Part shown: positions 54,812 through 55,453 of the stretch, one piece after another
How the letters are laid out: every line of letters starts with the position of its first letter
How positions within the stretch are numbered: the stretch's first letter is position 1
Virus record (IMG/VR): IMGVR_UViG_3300023171_000001
Location: 1-55,453 of that record
DNA length: 55,453 nt
Direction: 5' to 3' (one strand)
Origin: a virus
Taxonomy: Duplodnaviria; Caudoviricetes
Position numbers and translations under genes: made by a program
Notes under the pieces: generated by a model
What the model saw: only the letters and a program-made list of their open reading frames with translations
Database searches by the model: none
Told to the model about the DNA's origin: nothing

Positions 54812-55453
54812 AGAACAATTCACTGTAGAATTCCAGGGTCGGCACATAAATTTCAATTCAGTTGGAATTGCATCTTCTTTGTGTAGTGAAATCTTTAAAG
54901 AAGGTATACCTGAAGACTTTGCTAAAATATTTTCTAGTCATTTGAATGGTGCTTATAAAGATCAAAATACTTTTGATTTTTCAATTGCAAAATTTAGTCT
55001 TTCAGAAAATTCAGAAGACAAAAAGGCTATTTTCTTGAAATTTAATATTTATTTCAAAGGAAAACCTTTTATGACTAGGCATATTGAAATGACTGAAGAA
55101 ATGGTTTTGCAACTTTTGGACGCTTTCAGGATTTGTTCCCAAAATTACCAGGGTGAAAACTTTACGGCTTTTATGGTTGGTGTTTATATGGCTGGCCAGG
55201 CTGAACAACTTAAATTTGTTTGTTTGCTAATGACAAAGCTTTGTGAGGTTTGGAACGCTGGAATAGAAGCTTCAGAAGTTGGCATGACTTGCATTTGTAC
55301 TTCTTTCAAAATGGAATTAAAGAAGCCGCACGAATTCAATTATTCTTTCAAACTTAAACTTGAAGGTTTTGAAAATCCTTTTGAATATGGTTTTAAACTT
55401 CAGTTTGCCGAAATGCCGCATTTTCATTATGTCACTAAGTTCCAGCAACTAAT
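54798..55453 (+). CDS. Hypothetical protein (~250 aa) spanning the circular junction; ends at TAA 222-224
   Basis: ATG at 54798 overlaps the end of the HTH gene. The frame is open to the window end and continues through bases 3-224 (HEFNYSFKLKLEGF...ARDN*). It is absent from the ORF track because the junction splits it. Confidence 0.85.
   Translation, partial: MKAAKEQFTVEFQGRHINFNSVGIASSLCSEIFKEGIPEDFAKIFSSHLNGAYKDQNTFDFSIAKFSLSENSEDKKAIFLKFNIYFKGKPFMTRHIEMTEEMVLQLLDAFRICSQNYQGENFTAFMVGVYMAGQAEQLKFVCLLMTKLCEVWNAGIEASEVGMTCICTSFKMELKKPHEFNYSFKLKLEGFENPFEYGFKLQFAEMPHFHYVTKFQQL
55327..55453. repeat. 127-bp direct repeat of the contig start (copy 2)
   Basis: Identical to 1-127. Confidence 0.97.

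Noticed and set aside
1-55453. Alternative genetic code (stop-codon reassignment)
   Set aside because: Long structural genes are intact and densely packed under the standard code, and TAA, TAG and TGA all serve as stops.

Overview
The window looks like a complete, circularly assembled tailed-phage genome of about 55,326 bp. Bases 1-127 are repeated at 55327-55453, and an ORF reads through that junction. It is a siphovirus-type phage, probably infecting Bacteroidota: promoters carry the TAnnTTTG -7 element, leaders are A-rich with no Shine-Dalgarno, and the structural genes are Bacteroidetes-type. Two arms diverge from a control region at about 54.4-54.56 kb. The + arm carries an XRE HTH gene, about 35 small accessory genes, terS/terL, portal, scaffold, decoration, major capsid, connector and tail genes, a frameshifted tail chaperone, tape measure, Dit and Tal (both with beta-propeller repeats), spanin-like genes, a muramidase endolysin, a holin and a beta-helix fibre. 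The - arm carries early accessory genes, a PAPS-reductase-family enzyme, an origin-like region with a DnaA box, a PD-(D/E)XK exonuclease, an excisionase-like HTH, replication proteins, a DEDDh exonuclease and a VRR-NUC nuclease. I recognised no integrase, DNA polymerase, reverse transcriptase, CRISPR array or tRNA. The most striking unannotated signal is a candidate regulatory circuit. A predicted ~85-nt small RNA between terL and portal has a core antisense to a conserved AAACGAAAAAGAAC-type leader found just before at least 8 early or middle genes. Six TGTAA-N12-TTACA operator-like palindromes also sit on the early promoters. All family assignments come from motif recognition by eye, not from database searches.
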